This document shows positions 1 through 14,232 of a stretch of 62,000 bases of DNA, one piece after another; the stretch's first letter is position 1, and each line of letters begins with the position of its first letter. The stretch is from NCBI GenBank assembly GCA_013239625.1, contig MU054338.1:3805371-3867370 (forward strand), written 5' to 3'. The stretch is from Lama guanicoe. Taxonomy: Eukaryota. The position numbers were made by a program, and so were the translations under genes. A model generated the notes under the pieces. It was not told the DNA's origin. It saw only the letters and a program-made list of their open reading frames with translations, and searched no databases.

Positions 1-990
1 GGGAGCCAATGTGATGTGTCATTGCCCCTGGCCAGGGTCTGCCCAGCCTCTGCTACCTTCTGGGCCAGCCTCTGACCTCTGACCCTTCACCAGCCTGCCT
101 GCAGCTCTTGGAGCCTGGCCACCTGTTCGTCTGAGCTAGTGAAGTTGGCCAGATACTGTCAGCCAAGGCAGGAGGGGTGGCAGGCCAAGGTGACCCTCTA
201 CTCAGGGCGGCGTGGGGACCACCTCCCACACTGGTGCACACCCCCAACCCCCCCTGGCGAGGGAGGACACCCACGTGTCTTACATGACACGCCCCGGCCC
301 GCCCCAGACAAGCCGCGTCAGCCTCCCATCCGGACCCTCGGCCGAGGCCCGACCTGCAGGCTGGGACTGCTGAGCGGTGAGGCTGCAGCGGGACCTCGTG
401 GGGGCACAGATCGGGGCCTCCAGAGAGAGAGCAGCGACAGGATGTGTGTGAGACAGACAGGGAGAGACACATACAGGGAGCCAGAAGCAGTGACAGAGAT
501 GGGGAGATTTATTTTAAGGACTTGGTTCCCTGACCGTGGAGGTTTGGCAAGTCCACAGTCTGATGGGGAGGATGGGGGAAGAGCTGCAGTTTAAGTCCAA
601 GGCCGTCGGCAGGTAGACCTCTTTCTTGCCGAGAGAGGTCCATCCTGGTTCTACTCAGGCCTCCAGCTGCACCCACACAAAGGAGGGCAGTGCTTTCCTC
701 AGAGTCCACTGATTTCAGTGTTAACCACATCCCCAAAGAACAGCCTTGCAGAAACACTCAGAATCACGTCTGACCACGATCCGGGCACCGTGGCCCAGCC
801 ACGTGGACCTGAAACGTCAGCCACCACGGAGGTCCCAGGGTCATTTTCACCATCGCTCTGAATCCCCCCTCAGCCGCCCCTCCACAGCCATGACCGAACC
901 CATCTGCAGGGAAGAAGTGGGGCTGTGGGTGGGTGGGTGCCTGGGTGCTGCGCAGGAGCTCACCCATCTCTACCTCCTGCTCTCCCACAG

Positions 991-1119
991 GGACACCTAC
1001 GACCCCAACTTCCAGGGGCAGAAGGCCACGGAGGACCTGTTGGTGCATTACCAGTATGAGAAGCTGGGCTGCCCCGTCCTTGTGTTCTATGACACCCCGT
1101 GGAAGCCGGTGGTGGAGCT
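991..1119 (+). CDS. CATSPERD: CatSper auxiliary subunit delta, internal coding exon (gene continues upstream of window)
   Basis: cccacag|G acceptor, CT|gtgaga donor; encodes DTYDPNFQGQKATEDLLVHYQYEKLGCPVLVFYDTPWKPVVEL, matching recalled CATSPERD. Confidence 0.92.
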
Positions 1120-1279
1120 GTGAGACCCCCATTATCTTCCCTGGCATCACTAATTCCCCTGTGCCCCTCCTTCCCTCTCCAACCCTTTACTGGAGTTGTG
1201 ATCGCTCCCTGCCTACCCCTCCCCCCACCATAGCTATCAGCTCAGACAGTTCCTTCCTCCCCCTTAGCTTGACCACCTT

Positions 1280-1585
1280 AATACCAAGGGCTAGGGGACT
1301 TAAACAGCAGACATTGATGTTTTCAAAGTCCTGGAGGCTGGAAGTCCAAGGTCAAGGTGTGGGCAGGACTGCTTACCTCAGGCCTCCCTCCTTGGCCCAA
1401 AGAGGCTGCCTTCTCGCTGCTTCCTGAGGATGGGGAGAGAGCTCTGTGTGTGGTGACGTCTCACCCTCTTCCTGTGGGATCAGGGCCCACCCTTATGACC
1501 TCACCCAACCTCAATTGCCTCCTTAAAGGCCCTGCCTCCAAATACAGTCACACTGGGGGTTAGGGCTTCACATGTAAACATTTAG
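1280..1585. mobile_element. MaLR (MLT1-type) LTR fragment
   Basis: ctggaggctggaagtccaaggtcaaggtg...agggcccacccttatgacctcac...aaatacagtcacac pattern. Confidence 0.7.
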
Positions 1586-1801
1586 GTTCATTAGAACGTC
1601 ATATCTTAGCTCCACGTGATTTTAGTCCCACATTCCCACCCAGGCGGGACTGTGGGCCGGGCACACCGCTAACTCAGAGCTGTCATGTGGTGGGGTGCCT
1701 GCCGACCTGGGGTGAGGAATAAGGGAAGGGTCTGTCAGAGAAGAGGCATAAGCACCAACCTGGCAGGAGATCAAATGTGCATCCAAAAATAATGATTTGT
1801 T

Positions 1802-1935
1802 GGGGGAGGATGTAGCTCAGAGGTAAAGCACATGCTTAACTTACAAAAGGTCCTGGGTTCAATCCCCGTTACCGCCATTAAATAGATAAACCTAATTACC
1901 TAATAAGTAAACCTGATTACCTCCCCCCAAAACAA
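1802..1935 (+). mobile_element. tRNA-derived SINE (Vic-1-like)
   Basis: gggggaggatgtagctcag A box, ggttcaatcccc B box, aaacctaattacc tail. Confidence 0.85.
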
Positions 1936-1945
1936 CACCTTCTAG

Positions 1946-2129
1946 GTGGCGGGAAGGGAAGTTCCAGGAGGTGGTCGAGACCGAGTATGTCCTGCTGGAG
2001 GTGAACGGGCTGTTCACCTACACGTACTCCCTGACGGCAGCCATGGCACTCTGCAGTTCCCAGCCACAGAACTGGACCACCATCTCCAAGGCCGCCGGCG
2101 GGAAAGGGCCCTTTGCCTGGAACCGAGAG
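1946..2129 (+). CDS. CATSPERD: CATSPERD coding exon
   Basis: tctag|G acceptor, GAG|gtaatg donor; phase fits previous exon; WREGKFQEVVETEYVLLEVNGLFTYTYSLTAAMALCSSQPQNWTTISKAAGGKGPFAWNRE. Confidence 0.92.
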
Positions 2130-2199
2130 GTAATGTTTGCACTCTGATGATTTCCAAAACCCGACGACTGGTGAGAACTGGTCACTACCCTGTGTGTGT

Positions 2200-2562
2200 T
2201 GGGGGCTGTCTGGGTCTGTGTGGGCTGCTCCCACAGAACACCAGGGACCGAGTGGCTTGTAACAGCAGCATTGGTTTCTCCTGGTTCCGGAGGCTGGAGG
2301 CCAAGATCAGGGTGCTGGCAGATTCCGTGTCTCGTTCGTGGATGGCATCTTCTGTGTCCTCATTTGGCAGAAGGGGCAAGGAAGCTCTCTGGGGATGGGG
2401 GTCCCTTTATAAGGAACTGATCGCATTGAGGAGGGCCCCACCCTTAATGACCTAATCACCACACAGAGTCTCCACCCCCTAATACGTCACTTCGGTGGGG
2501 GCAGGTTTCAGTATATGAATTGGGGGCAGGTGGGGGGAAGTTGTACTCAGACATTCAGTCCT
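2200..2562. mobile_element. MaLR (MLT1-type) LTR
   Basis: ggaggctggaggccaagatcagggtgctggcagattc...cccttaatgacctaatcacc...acattcagtc. Confidence 0.7.
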
Positions 2563-3706
2563 TCCCAGGGGCGTGGGGGATGGGAGCGCACATGAGGCCA
2601 CCTCGCTCCGTGGGACCCAGTCTGGGAATGTAGGATGTGCAAACCCTTTGGGAATCTCTCCCAAGGGATAGCAAACAATCGGCGATACAGGCTCTAAGGC
2701 ACTCACGGGGAGTTGCTGATGATGTGCAAAATTCCAGAACCATTCAAATGCCCATTATTTAAGGGGCTGATTAAATTCACGGTACGTTCTGCTCAGCCAG
2801 CGTTTCTATCCCACGCATTGATTGGTACACGACTGACAAGAGCAGGGTGTCAGTGAAAGGCAGACATCGCGTTGGTCCTCTGGGGAGCCTTCTGGTGCAC
2901 ATTAGTCAGTCTCCATCCACTCTCTGCCTCTCAAGGCCAAGGACGCGACCACGGCGCAACGTCGCCACGCCTCGAGCAGGGGGCGCCCGCTCCCCGCACC
3001 CGCAGCGGATTCTCCCGCGGACTCCTGACTCCTCTTTCGGAGTTTGCTTTCTTAGTCAGCAGCCCCACCGCCTTCCTTACACCCTATTCCGACGAGTGAG
3101 TTTGATCATTTATTTGGCTGGTGACGTCGGTTTTACTTTTTTAAGTCCGAGGTGAAATTCACAGACCCTGTAAGGAACCGCCTGAAAGCGTCTAACTCGC
3201 GTTTGCGTTCCGCGCTCTCAGCGTCGCACAAGCACCGCCTCTCTAACCATTCCTTTAAAAAGAACACAGCACGCACATGTAACTTAGTTTATTTATTGTT
3301 TTCTGACTGTGCCGGTGTTTGCATTTGCATTTTTTTTATTAGTCCTCGCTTTCAAAGTAGCATGCACCGCGTTTAAGAAATTGTCCCCCCCCCGCCTTTT
3401 TTTTTCCATCAGCCCTGGTGGGCGGTTTTGTAGAACCCGGAGGGTTTTTCTACCCAGATAGAGCCGCGGTGCCTGCATTTCCAGCACAATCATTGGATGG
3501 GCTGTTACACAGCCCCTTAGCCACTGAAAACCATGAGGTGGAGCCAGCTATGGGGCTCCAGCTAAGTGGGGTTTTAGGCTAAACAACTATCTCCTTTTTT
3601 TTATTACACATAGTTTTCGTAGGTTTTTTCCTTTTCCTCCCCGCAAATTTTTAAATTTTAATTGTGGTAAAATATGCATAACATAAAGTGTACCATCTTG
3701 ACCATT

Positions 3707-3830
3707 TTTTAGTTTTGTCGCTTTATTTTGCAAGGGGAGGTAATTAGGTTTATTTATTTATTTTAGAGGAGGTACGGGGGATTGAACCCAGGACCTGGTG
3801 CAGGCTAAGCATGCACTCTACCCTCCCCCC
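3707..3830 (-). mobile_element. tRNA-derived SINE with 15-bp TSD
   Basis: ggggattgaacccaggacc; TSD accatctt(g/a)accatt at 3692-3706 and 3831-3845. Confidence 0.85.
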
Positions 3831-4075
3831 ACCATCTTAACCATTCCTAAGTGCACAGCTCAGTGGCATTAAGCGCATTCACACTGTTGTGTAACCACCC
3901 CTATCATCCTGTCTCCACAACTTTCTCATCTTCCCAAACTGAAACTGTCCCCATTAAACACTGACGCTCCATCGCCCTCCCCCAGACCCTGGCCCAACCA
4001 CCTATTTCTTGTCTCTATGAACATCATGTCCTCAAGGTTCATCCATGGGGTATCCTGTGTCAGGATTTCCTTCCT

Positions 4076-4180
4076 GGGGGTGTGGCGGGGGCAGGATATA
4101 GCTCAGTGGTAGAGTGCATGCTCAGCATGCATTGAGGTCCTGGATTCAATTCCTAGTACCTCCAAAAAAAAATTTTTTTA
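4076..4180 (+). mobile_element. tRNA-derived SINE (short form)
   Basis: tatagctcagtggtagag...ggattcaattcctagtacctcc(A)n; flanking tccttcct repeat. Confidence 0.85.
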
Positions 4181-4359
4181 AGTCCTTCCTTTTTAAGGCT
4201 GCAAAATACTTCACTAGTGTGTATGGACCATATTTTGTGTATATTCATTTGTGGGTGGACACTTGGGTTGGGTTACTTCCACCTTTTGGCTGTTATGAAT
4301 GGTACTGCTCTGAACTCCAGGATGCAAATATCTCTTAGAGACCCTGCTTGCAGTTCTCT

Positions 4360-4790
4360 GGTGTCTCTTCTTACAAAGGAACTAATCCCATTATGAGGGC
4401 CCTACTCTCAGGACCTCATCTGAACCTGATCTCCTCCCACTGCCCCACCTCCAAACACCACCCCACTGGGGGATGAGCTTCAATGTGTGTGGGGGGTGGG
4501 GGTGGGGGCCACGGACATTCAGTGCATAGCAGGCGCAGGACCAGCAGGGCCTGGTGACGGACAAAGAGGAGGGAAGCGCCCGGTGCGGCTCCCAGGAGTC
4601 CAGCTTGAGCACCCGGGCGGGCACTGGGGCGGGGATGCAGCGAGCGGCAGAGGGAAGCACGCTAGTGACCTCATCTTAACTAGATCCCCTGTAAAGTCCC
4701 CCATCGCCAAGCAAGGTCACAGTCTGAGGTCCTGGGGGTTGGGACTCTGACGTATGATTTGGGGAGGGACTCAGCCCCGACTTGGCCCTG
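4360..4790. mobile_element. MaLR LTR fragments
   Basis: gtgtctcttcttacaaaggaactaatcccattatgagggccc...; gacctcatcttaac...aaggtcacagtctgaggt. Confidence 0.55.
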
Positions 4791-4864
4791 GACTCGCACC
4801 ACTGGGTGCTGGTGGGCAGTGGGGCCGGTGCAGACGGTGGACACACCTCTGTCCTCCTCCCAAG

Positions 4865-5022
4865 AACTACGTGAGCTGCCACAACCCCGACAACAGCACA
4901 CCCCTGAGATGGCCACAAGTCCCGTATCAGATCTTGGGAGGCCCCACAGAAAACAAGGTCGTCTTTGAAAAAAGAAACGGCATCTACACCTTCTTCATTT
5001 CCATCGTGGATCCGTACTACAG
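4865..5022 (+). CDS. CATSPERD: CATSPERD coding exon
   Basis: cccaag|AAC acceptor, AG|gtgagt donor; NYVSCHNPDNSTPLRWPQVPYQILGGPTENKVVFEKRNGIYTFFISIVDPYY. Confidence 0.93.
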
Positions 5023-6198
5023 GTGAGTGGGGGAGTCACCCTGTGCCGGGGCCTCTCGGGGAACAGCCGGCTCGCCAGGGGCAGGGTTCACACGGGAGGG
5101 TGGGCCCACTTTTCTCCCTCCCCTCGGTAAGTCCTGGGTAAACCCGAATTCCCTCAACAGCCCAGACTGTCCCGGGAAGTGTGGTATTTTAAGTTCACAG
5201 TGACATTTGTTCACCTGCTAAAGAAATCCTTATTCCGAATTCATGCTGGGCACTTGGGGGGGACAGCAATGACCAGTAGCCACGTCCCTGCCCTCGGGGA
5301 CCAGAGGCACCCTCTCATTCCATGCCTAACTGGTGGGTGCAGGAACCGGTGCGCTTGGCTCCCAAGGGCTGACCATCAGCCAGGAGTTTTGCGAGCCGGC
5401 TGACTCCCCATCAGGAGCTTGAAATCGGTCACGGCGGGAGTATCTCCGCTGCCAGGGAAACTGGTAGGCCAGGCCTCCCACCCACCCCATCCCCGCCCCA
5501 AGAGCTGGGTGTTAATGTTTGCCACCCACTGGTGCTGGTCTAGATCACCACCGTCTCCCGCTGGAAGGCGGAGTGTGGGTGCCACTCTTTCTCGCGTCAC
5601 CTAACCCCCCCCACCAGATGGACACAGTGTCCACCCCAAAAAACACGTGGAGACCTTGCCTTCCCTGGAGGCCCCAGACCTTGGACCAGCTCGGGGACAC
5701 CTGGGGCAGAAGGCACTGGGGTGGGGACAGCCAGGGGAGACGGGGAGCTGCCTGTGAGGCTCGTGCCCTCCCCTCTCTGCGCCCAGTCCCCAGCAGAGCC
5801 CCCAGCAGTTGTCCTGTACCTGCACCTTCCTCCTGGGGGCCCCCTCGCCGGGGGGCCTGTACCTCCCCACCTGCTACCCCACCTGCTCCTTGTCACTGCC
5901 TGATGGGTGTCTGTGCCCTGGTCCTGCCCCCACTCCACACCGACTGTGTGATACGTGCTCGGTGGGCCTCTTCTGTCCTCTCTAGACTGGGCGTGGGCAA
6001 GGAGGGGGGAGCTTATCCCCAGAGGAGGGGACCACAGGGGCCCTGGGGAAAATATGACCTCTGCCAAGATGCACAAAGAGGACGGCAGACCCAGGAGGGC
6101 TAGGAGTTAGGGGGATATAAATGGAGCTTGGTGTCTGGAGTCACTGCCCCAGGCCCACCCAGCTCTCCTCCCCGCAGGTTTTAAAACGTTTGCTGGGG

Positions 6199-6594
6199 GA
6201 GGGATAAATTAGGAGTTCGGGATTACCAGATACACACTACTATATATAAAATAGATAAACAACAAGGTCCTAATGTATAGCACAGGGAACTACATTCAAT
6301 AACTGGTAATGGCCTATAATGAGAGGGAGTGGGTCCAGCTCAGTGGTAGAGCATGTGCTTAGCATGCACAAGGTCCTGGGTTCCAGTCTCAGTACCTCCA
6401 TGTAAACAAATAAATAAAATCTGATTATCCCCCCCCACAAAAAAAACAAACAAACCTATCATGAAAAGGAACATGAAAAAGAATACATACACTTATAACT
6501 GAGTCACTGTGCTGTACACCAGAAACTGGCACAACGCTGTAAATCAACTATTCGTCAAAAAAAAAATAAAAATTAAAAACATAAAAGTTAAAAA
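6199..6594 (+). mobile_element. 5'-truncated L1 3' end with A-rich tail and TSD
   Basis: gggataaattaggag...aaatcaacta; TSD taaaacgt(t/c)tgctgggg at 6182-6198 and 6595-6611. Confidence 0.85.
6323..6454 (+). mobile_element. tRNA-derived SINE nested in L1
   Basis: agctcagtggtagagcatgtgcttagcatgcacaaggtcctgggtt; TSD cctat(a/c)atga 6313-6322 and 6455-6464. Confidence 0.85.
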
Positions 6595-6670
6595 TAAAAC
6601 GTCTGCTGGGGTGATGGGTGGGGCCCCCAGAGGTGGTGCCCCATGGCCTCTCCTCACGTGGCCCTCACAG

Positions 6671-6905
6671 CTACTGTCACCTGGAGACCATCTTCAGCGT
6701 CTATGTCTCCGGGGCCTACCCCAAGCAGATCATCCCAGAAGTACTCATCTTCATTCTCACAGCAGCCAACTTGATGAGCGTGTGGCTGGCCTACAAGATC
6801 CCCAAGCTGCTGCACACGGAGCAGGGCCTCAAGGTCAAGGGCTTCTGCAGCAATCTGTGCAGGAGATGCAGGAAGCCTTGCGCGTGTTTCCGGGGCAGGC
6901 GCTGA
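6671..6905 (+). CDS. CATSPERD: CATSPERD last coding exon (TM helix and Cys/Arg-rich tail)
   Basis: ctcacag|C acceptor; YCHLETIFSVYVSGAYPKQIIPEVLIFILTAANLMSVWLAYKIPKLL...CACFRGRR, TGA 6903-6905. Confidence 0.93.
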
Positions 6906-6975
6906 GCGCTTGGCGGGGTGGGAGGGTGCGGGCGGGCAGCGGGGGGCTGAGGGGATGGCAGAGCTGTCTTAAAGC

Positions 6976-6981
6976 AGTAAA
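6976..6981 (+). terminator. Candidate CATSPERD polyadenylation signal (variant AGTAAA)
   Basis: AGTAAA about 70 nt after the stop; no canonical AATAAA seen nearby. Confidence 0.5.
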
Positions 6982-7329
6982 AAAAATCTGGTGGCAGCAT
7001 GTATGGATCACGCTGTGTCTTTCTCCACCCATCTGCCTCCCTGGACATCCTGGCATCAGTGTTCTTTCAGGCTACAGCTCCTCTGGAGGTTGTCAACAGG
7101 AGCTTGGTGAGCCGAACCAGCACAGGCAGATGATGCAGTAACGGGCCAGCCTTGGAGGAGACTCAGACGCGGGAACCATCCTGTTAGAGAGGAGGATGAG
7201 ACCCAAGGAAAAGGGAAGGGGGGCTACGGAAGACAGTGACAGGTGATCTGTCTCTGTGTCGACAAACTCTGACACAGATACAATGTGTGCGCATTTCCGT
7301 GTGTCCCTAAGAGCGTGGAGACATAGTTT

Positions 7330-7810
7330 ATATTTTCTACATATACTTGTCATGCATATGTATGTGTACAGTTCCTTGCATCCTGACACAGGTGTATGTG
7401 TGCAGAGATACTATGCACACACATACATGTATGTATGATATGGAGACACGTGTGCAACATGCACACAATGTGTATACTACATACACATCCATGCATGTGC
7501 CTACGTATGGGTAACACGTACAGATACGTGGTACATCTGTCTGGATGTGTGTCTACATTTGTGTACATGCGTGTTGTATACAAAACATGTGTGTTCACAC
7601 ATGTGAGCAGACGGTGAGTATATCACACCTGTGCGCATGTGTATATGTACACTCATGTACACGTGTACACACTTAGGCACACCTGTGTTCACACGTATAG
7701 ACAGCACATGCTTACAAACATGCATGGGTATGTATGTATGCACGTGTGAACACACACATACAGACGTGTGTGTGTGTTTATATGACGTACACACATGTAT
7801 GTGTACGTTC
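7330..7810. repeat. Degenerate alternating purine-pyrimidine (TG/CA/TA) tract
   Basis: About 480 bp of catgtgtatacacac-type sequence. Confidence 0.85.
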
Positions 7811-9560
7811 TATCAGCCTGTCCGTCCATCCATCCATGCAGTGGGCTTCCCTCCCCTCCACTTCATGCAAACCCAAGGCGGCACAGGACGGCCGCCTCAG
7901 TCCAGGGAAAACCTGGGTAGTCTCCCTTTTCTGATGACTCTGAGGTGAGAAGAATGTATTCCACAGACCTTTAAATTGCCCAACACGGTCTCAAGCCAGT
8001 CGTTGACAACCTCCGCTCCCACGTCCAGTGCAGCGACCTGTGAGCTCGCCCCTCTCCCCAGGGCCGAGCCCCAGCGGCCCGCCCCGCCCACCGCCCAGGC
8101 CTCCCGGCCGGGTTGGACTGTCAGGTGGCACTGTTTCAGGACCCTCAGTCCCAGTTAATCTTGAAGAAAACTGAGCCCATGCTCATACCCACCTCCTTTG
8201 CCAGGGCCTTCCCTTCGCTGGTGGTACGTAATTTTAGTCTCAAAAATACCCCTTAATGGGGCTGCAGGAAGAAAGGGCTCAGAAGGAAGCCAAGGGGAGT
8301 GGACTCGGGCTTCTCCAGGCCCATGTCCCCGGTCAGAACACAGACAGGAAGGGTAAGCGTGGGCCGCGATGCAGATACGGCCCAGGCTCCCTGGCAGCCT
8401 CTGCTTCCCTGAGCCTTGGAACAGGCTTCGGGGAGACGAGCCCCGCAGGCTGGAGGCTTGGTGCCAGCACGTGGGAATTCGCCTTCCCACACCCAGCTGC
8501 CTCCTGGATTCCAGTCAAGCCTCCAGGGGAGCCCAACAGTGAGACCCAGACCAGGGCCTGGGGCAGGAGGGCTCTTCCTCCTGCAGGGCGGGGAGCAGGG
8601 GGCCAGGCCTGGAGTCCCACTCCAGAGTGCTGCTCTATCTTCTCTCCCCTCCCATTTCCTTACGTGTCCCTGGGAAACCGTGTCACCCTCTTCAGGAGGA
8701 GGGAGCTTGTGGACCGCAGCGGGAGGAGCCAGGCCAAGAGGGAACAGGTGTGAGATGTGCAGCTCTCAAACTCCAGGATCCTGTGCCTGCCACCTGGGAT
8801 GCAGAACCCCCGTGTGGCCAGGCTCCTCGTCCAGCGCCTCCGGTCCTCACCTGGGCCTCAGGTGCACTCCGCGCTCCATCACACGCATGCCTGCTCTGAT
8901 CCCCTGTGCCAGGTGGGCACCATCTCAGGCGTCCCAACCCTGCCCCCACCCTCAGACCATCAGGTGCCTCCACCTCCACCCAGCACCTGCCTCCACACCC
9001 CTAGGGGTCCCACCTGTCTGCCTGCCCCAGAAGAAGGAGGCGTTCCCATTCACCATTGGGTGACACGCACCCCTGGCAGCTGGGCTGACACCAAGCCCAG
9101 CGTGCAGGCCCCTCAAAGGCCTCCCCCTTCAGTCCACCAGGCCTGGCTTCAGGGGGCAGGAGAGGGGGATGTGCAGACCACTGCTCCCTGGCCCCGCCCT
9201 GCTTGCTGTGTGTCTTCAGGCAAGTTCCTGCCTGCCTCTGGGAAACCCTGACTTTCCCATCAAACACGGGGGTGAAATCGTTGCAGGGCAGGAGTCTGCC
9301 ACCTCACAGAAGCCCTCCACCCCGACCAGCTGACTTGGGTTTTCTGGGGTTAGAAGAGAAGGGATTTAGAATCCCAAACCCTAAGTCTCCAGAAGCCTGG
9401 CAACCAGGAGGTGCTGGGGTCCCATGGGGCCTCACCAAGTGGCATGGATCCCACTGGACAAGGGGGCGGGAGAGGGGACAGCCCTCCAGGTCTGGCCCTG
9501 GCCCACAGCCCCTAAGCCCAATGCCACTGAGTGGACACAGAGCTGAGAGGTCAAATCCGC

Positions 9561-10806
<1,246 letters not shown>

Positions 10807-11057
10807 TCAGGCTTTCGAGGCCCGTCTGGGGAATGGCAGGCACAGCCCAACCTTGGGAGGCTCGCCCACCTGGGAGCTGGGGACACAGGCCTGGCTTTGG
10901 GAGACCTGAAGGACAGGAGACAGGCCTTGCCTTCAGGGCCCAATCTAGGGGATGGGGGACACAGACCTTGGTGCATGGGCTCCTTTGGGGATCAGGGACA
11001 CAGTCCTTGCCTTTGGAGAGGGGTGCCATCTAGGGATGGGTGGGGCAAGATGGCCTA

Positions 11058-12073
<1,016 letters not shown>

Positions 12074-12134
12074 TCAGGCCTGGGGCTGCCCCCACCACCT
12101 GGCCCCCAGCCCCACACGTCAGTTCCCCAGGCAC

Positions 12135-12263
12135 CTGATGCGGATCCAGTCGGCCGCCCTCTGACTGGCCATGAGCGTCTCCAGGTAGTCACGGCCCAGG
12201 TAGTAGGGTGGCCGCTCGTTGATCCTCTGTGGAAGCCGCTCCAGCAGGCCCACGGGCACATAT
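12135..12263 (-). CDS. DUS3L: DUS3L exon 12
   Basis: [46 protein letters not shown] boundaries, phase 2-2. Confidence 0.95.
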
Positions 12264-12344
12264 CTGCAGGCGGGGGCAGCGGGACAGGGTTGGGCCCAGC
12301 TGCCCCATGAAGCCCCCCCAGCCCGGCCCGGCTGCCCCGCCCAC

Positions 12345-12533
12345 CTGCACAGGAAAGACAGCCACTCAAGGAGGAAGCGACGGGTCTTTTCCACGCCCTG
12401 CGTGTCCGAGCCCCAGTGCTCCAGGCCGTAGTGCGTGAAGTCCCGCAGGATGTCCAGGCGCTCGGACGAGGAGATGTCCCAGTGCCGCTGCTCTTTGATC
12501 TCCGTGAACAGCCATGGCTTGAGCAGGGCACCG
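12345..12533 (-). CDS. DUS3L: DUS3L exon 11
   Basis: [62 protein letters not shown]. Confidence 0.95.
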
Positions 12534-12877
12534 CTGAGGGCAGGAAGTGGTCAGTGGGCTTGGCGGCCGGAACCCCAGCCCTCAAAACCTCGGTCCCAAA
12601 CCTCCTGGCCCAAGAGTTCCAACCCAAGACCCTAAGCCCATAATGGCAGAAATTTCCACTCCTCCCCACCCCTCCCAGCAGCCACCTCTGACATCTCCCT
12701 GTCCCACACCGGGCAGAGCCACTGGCTGGGGACTAACAGAGCAGTGGAAGGCAGGTGGGCAGGGGCACCAGCTGCTGGGACAAGCCCAGATGCGCCCTCA
12801 ACTTCCCCGAGCCTCAGGCCAGGCGCTCGGGGGGTGAGGCCAGCTGGTCTCTGTGCCGCCAACGCCGGGGCATTTAC

Positions 12878-12953
12878 CGGGCAATCATGATCCCAGCGAC
12901 ACCAGTCTGCAGGGCGCGGTTGGCATCCTCGTACGACAAGATGTCCCCATTTC
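12878..12953 (-). CDS. DUS3L: DUS3L exon 10
   Basis: GNGDILSYEDANRALQTGVAGIMIAR (Dus GNGDI motif). Confidence 0.95.
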
Positions 12954-13127
12954 CTGAAGGACAGAGGCCAGGGCTTCAGGGAGAGATGTGCAGGCGGGAA
13001 TGCTGGGGCTTTGGGAGTTGTTGCCAGGCCAGCAGACTCCTCGGGGCAGGGAGGGGGCCCCAGCAAGGGGTGGGCGTGGGGGTGTGGCCTTTGGTGGGGA
13101 GGTCTGAGCTGAGTGGCTGGGACCCAC

Positions 13128-13224
13128 CGAAAAGGGGCATGGGGCTGGCTGCGGTCACACATTGCTCGATGTACTGCCAGTCGGCCAACTTGGTGTAGCG
13201 CTGCTCCCGTGAGCGGCCATGGAG
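13128..13224 (-). CDS. DUS3L: DUS3L exon 9
   Basis: LHGRSREQRYTKLADWQYIEQCVTAASPMPLF (Dus HGR motif). Confidence 0.95.
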
Positions 13225-13479
13225 CTGGAGGAGAGGTGGCCGTGCGGGGAGGGAGGGAGGGTCCAGGGAGGCGGAGGGTCAGACAGAGACAGAGAAAGAG
13301 AAAGAGACCCAGAGGGATTGGGAGGGACCAGGCTGAGAGAGACAGAGAGAGAGACAGACACACAGAGACAGAGACAGAGACGGAGGGAGAGCCAGAGACC
13401 AAGAGAAGGAGCAGAAGAGGGACCATTAGGAGGGGATGAGCCTCAGGGGCCCCGACCCCCGCTGCACTCCGAGACCCAC

Positions 13480-13590
13480 CGTGACCAGCGCCGCCCCCCA
13501 GTCCCGCAGCTCGGGAAGCAGCCGGTGAGCCAGGTTCACGCGCTCCTGGACGCCCGTGCGAATCTTCACCGTCAGCGGCACATCCAGCAC
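13480..13590 (-). CDS. DUS3L: DUS3L exon 8
   Basis: VLDVPLTVKIRTGVQERVNLAHRLLPELRDWGAALVT. Confidence 0.95.
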
Positions 13591-13676
13591 CTGTGGGGAC
13601 AGGTGGGGTCATCAGGGCCTGAGGCCAAGCAGGAGGACAGGGCAGGGTGGGGGCAGAGGGGAATCTGGGGTTGTAC

Positions 13677-13742
13677 CTGGTTCATGCCGCGGACGATCTG
13701 CTGGAACTTGGCGGAGCGGTTCATGAGGGCGCAGCCCCCGCC
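13677..13742 (-). CDS. DUS3L: DUS3L exon 7
   Basis: GGGCALMNRSAKFQQIVRGMNQ. Confidence 0.95.
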
Positions 13743-13915
13743 CTGGCAGAGACCAGCGGCTGGAGCTCTGGAAGGCAGGACCCACACTGGGCCCGACATC
13801 CCTCTACTGCCGCCCAGATGGGGAGACTGAGGCCCAGAGGACCCCAGGTGTCCCCAGGGATTCCGCCCGCCCACACTCTGCCCTCCCTGGGGCTCTAGGG
13901 CCAAGTGGCCGATAC

Positions 13916-14032
13916 CTTCTTGTACACAAGGTCAATGGGGCAACCGACGTTGATGTCCACGAAATCCACCTCAACGGTGCGGTTCAGCAGCTCGGCACAC
14001 TTGGTCATGGTGTCAGGGAAGGCGCCCTCGAG
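13916..14032 (-). CDS. DUS3L: DUS3L exon 6
   Basis: [39 protein letters not shown] (catalytic NxGCP motif). Confidence 0.95.
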
Positions 14033-14232
14033 CTGTGGCAGGTGGCAGAGCGGGGGGTGAGAAGCCAGGCCAGGCTGCCCCTCCCTGGCCCAGTGCTGAG
14101 GCCATCAGCTCCTGGAGAGGCGCCCGGCCTGCGGCTGAGACAGAGGGATCTGGGAGGTGACCTAGGGGAGCCAGACTCAACCTTACTCTGAAATTTGGCA
14201 GCTGAGAGCCCCTCCCATGAGGAAGCACCAAC

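Larger units (their letters stand above)
3640..4355 (-). mobile_element. Old L1 3' fragment interrupted by two SINEs
   Basis: aattgtggtaaaatatgcataacataaa...cagtggcattaag...ttccaccttttggctgttatgaat. Confidence 0.75.

Noticed and set aside
1..990. Additional CATSPERD exon
   Set aside because: No frame with recognisable CATSPERD similarity and matching splice sites found
12632..13612. 326-aa minus ORF inside DUS3L
   Set aside because: Off-frame across exons and a CT-rich intronic repeat; GC-rich chance ORF
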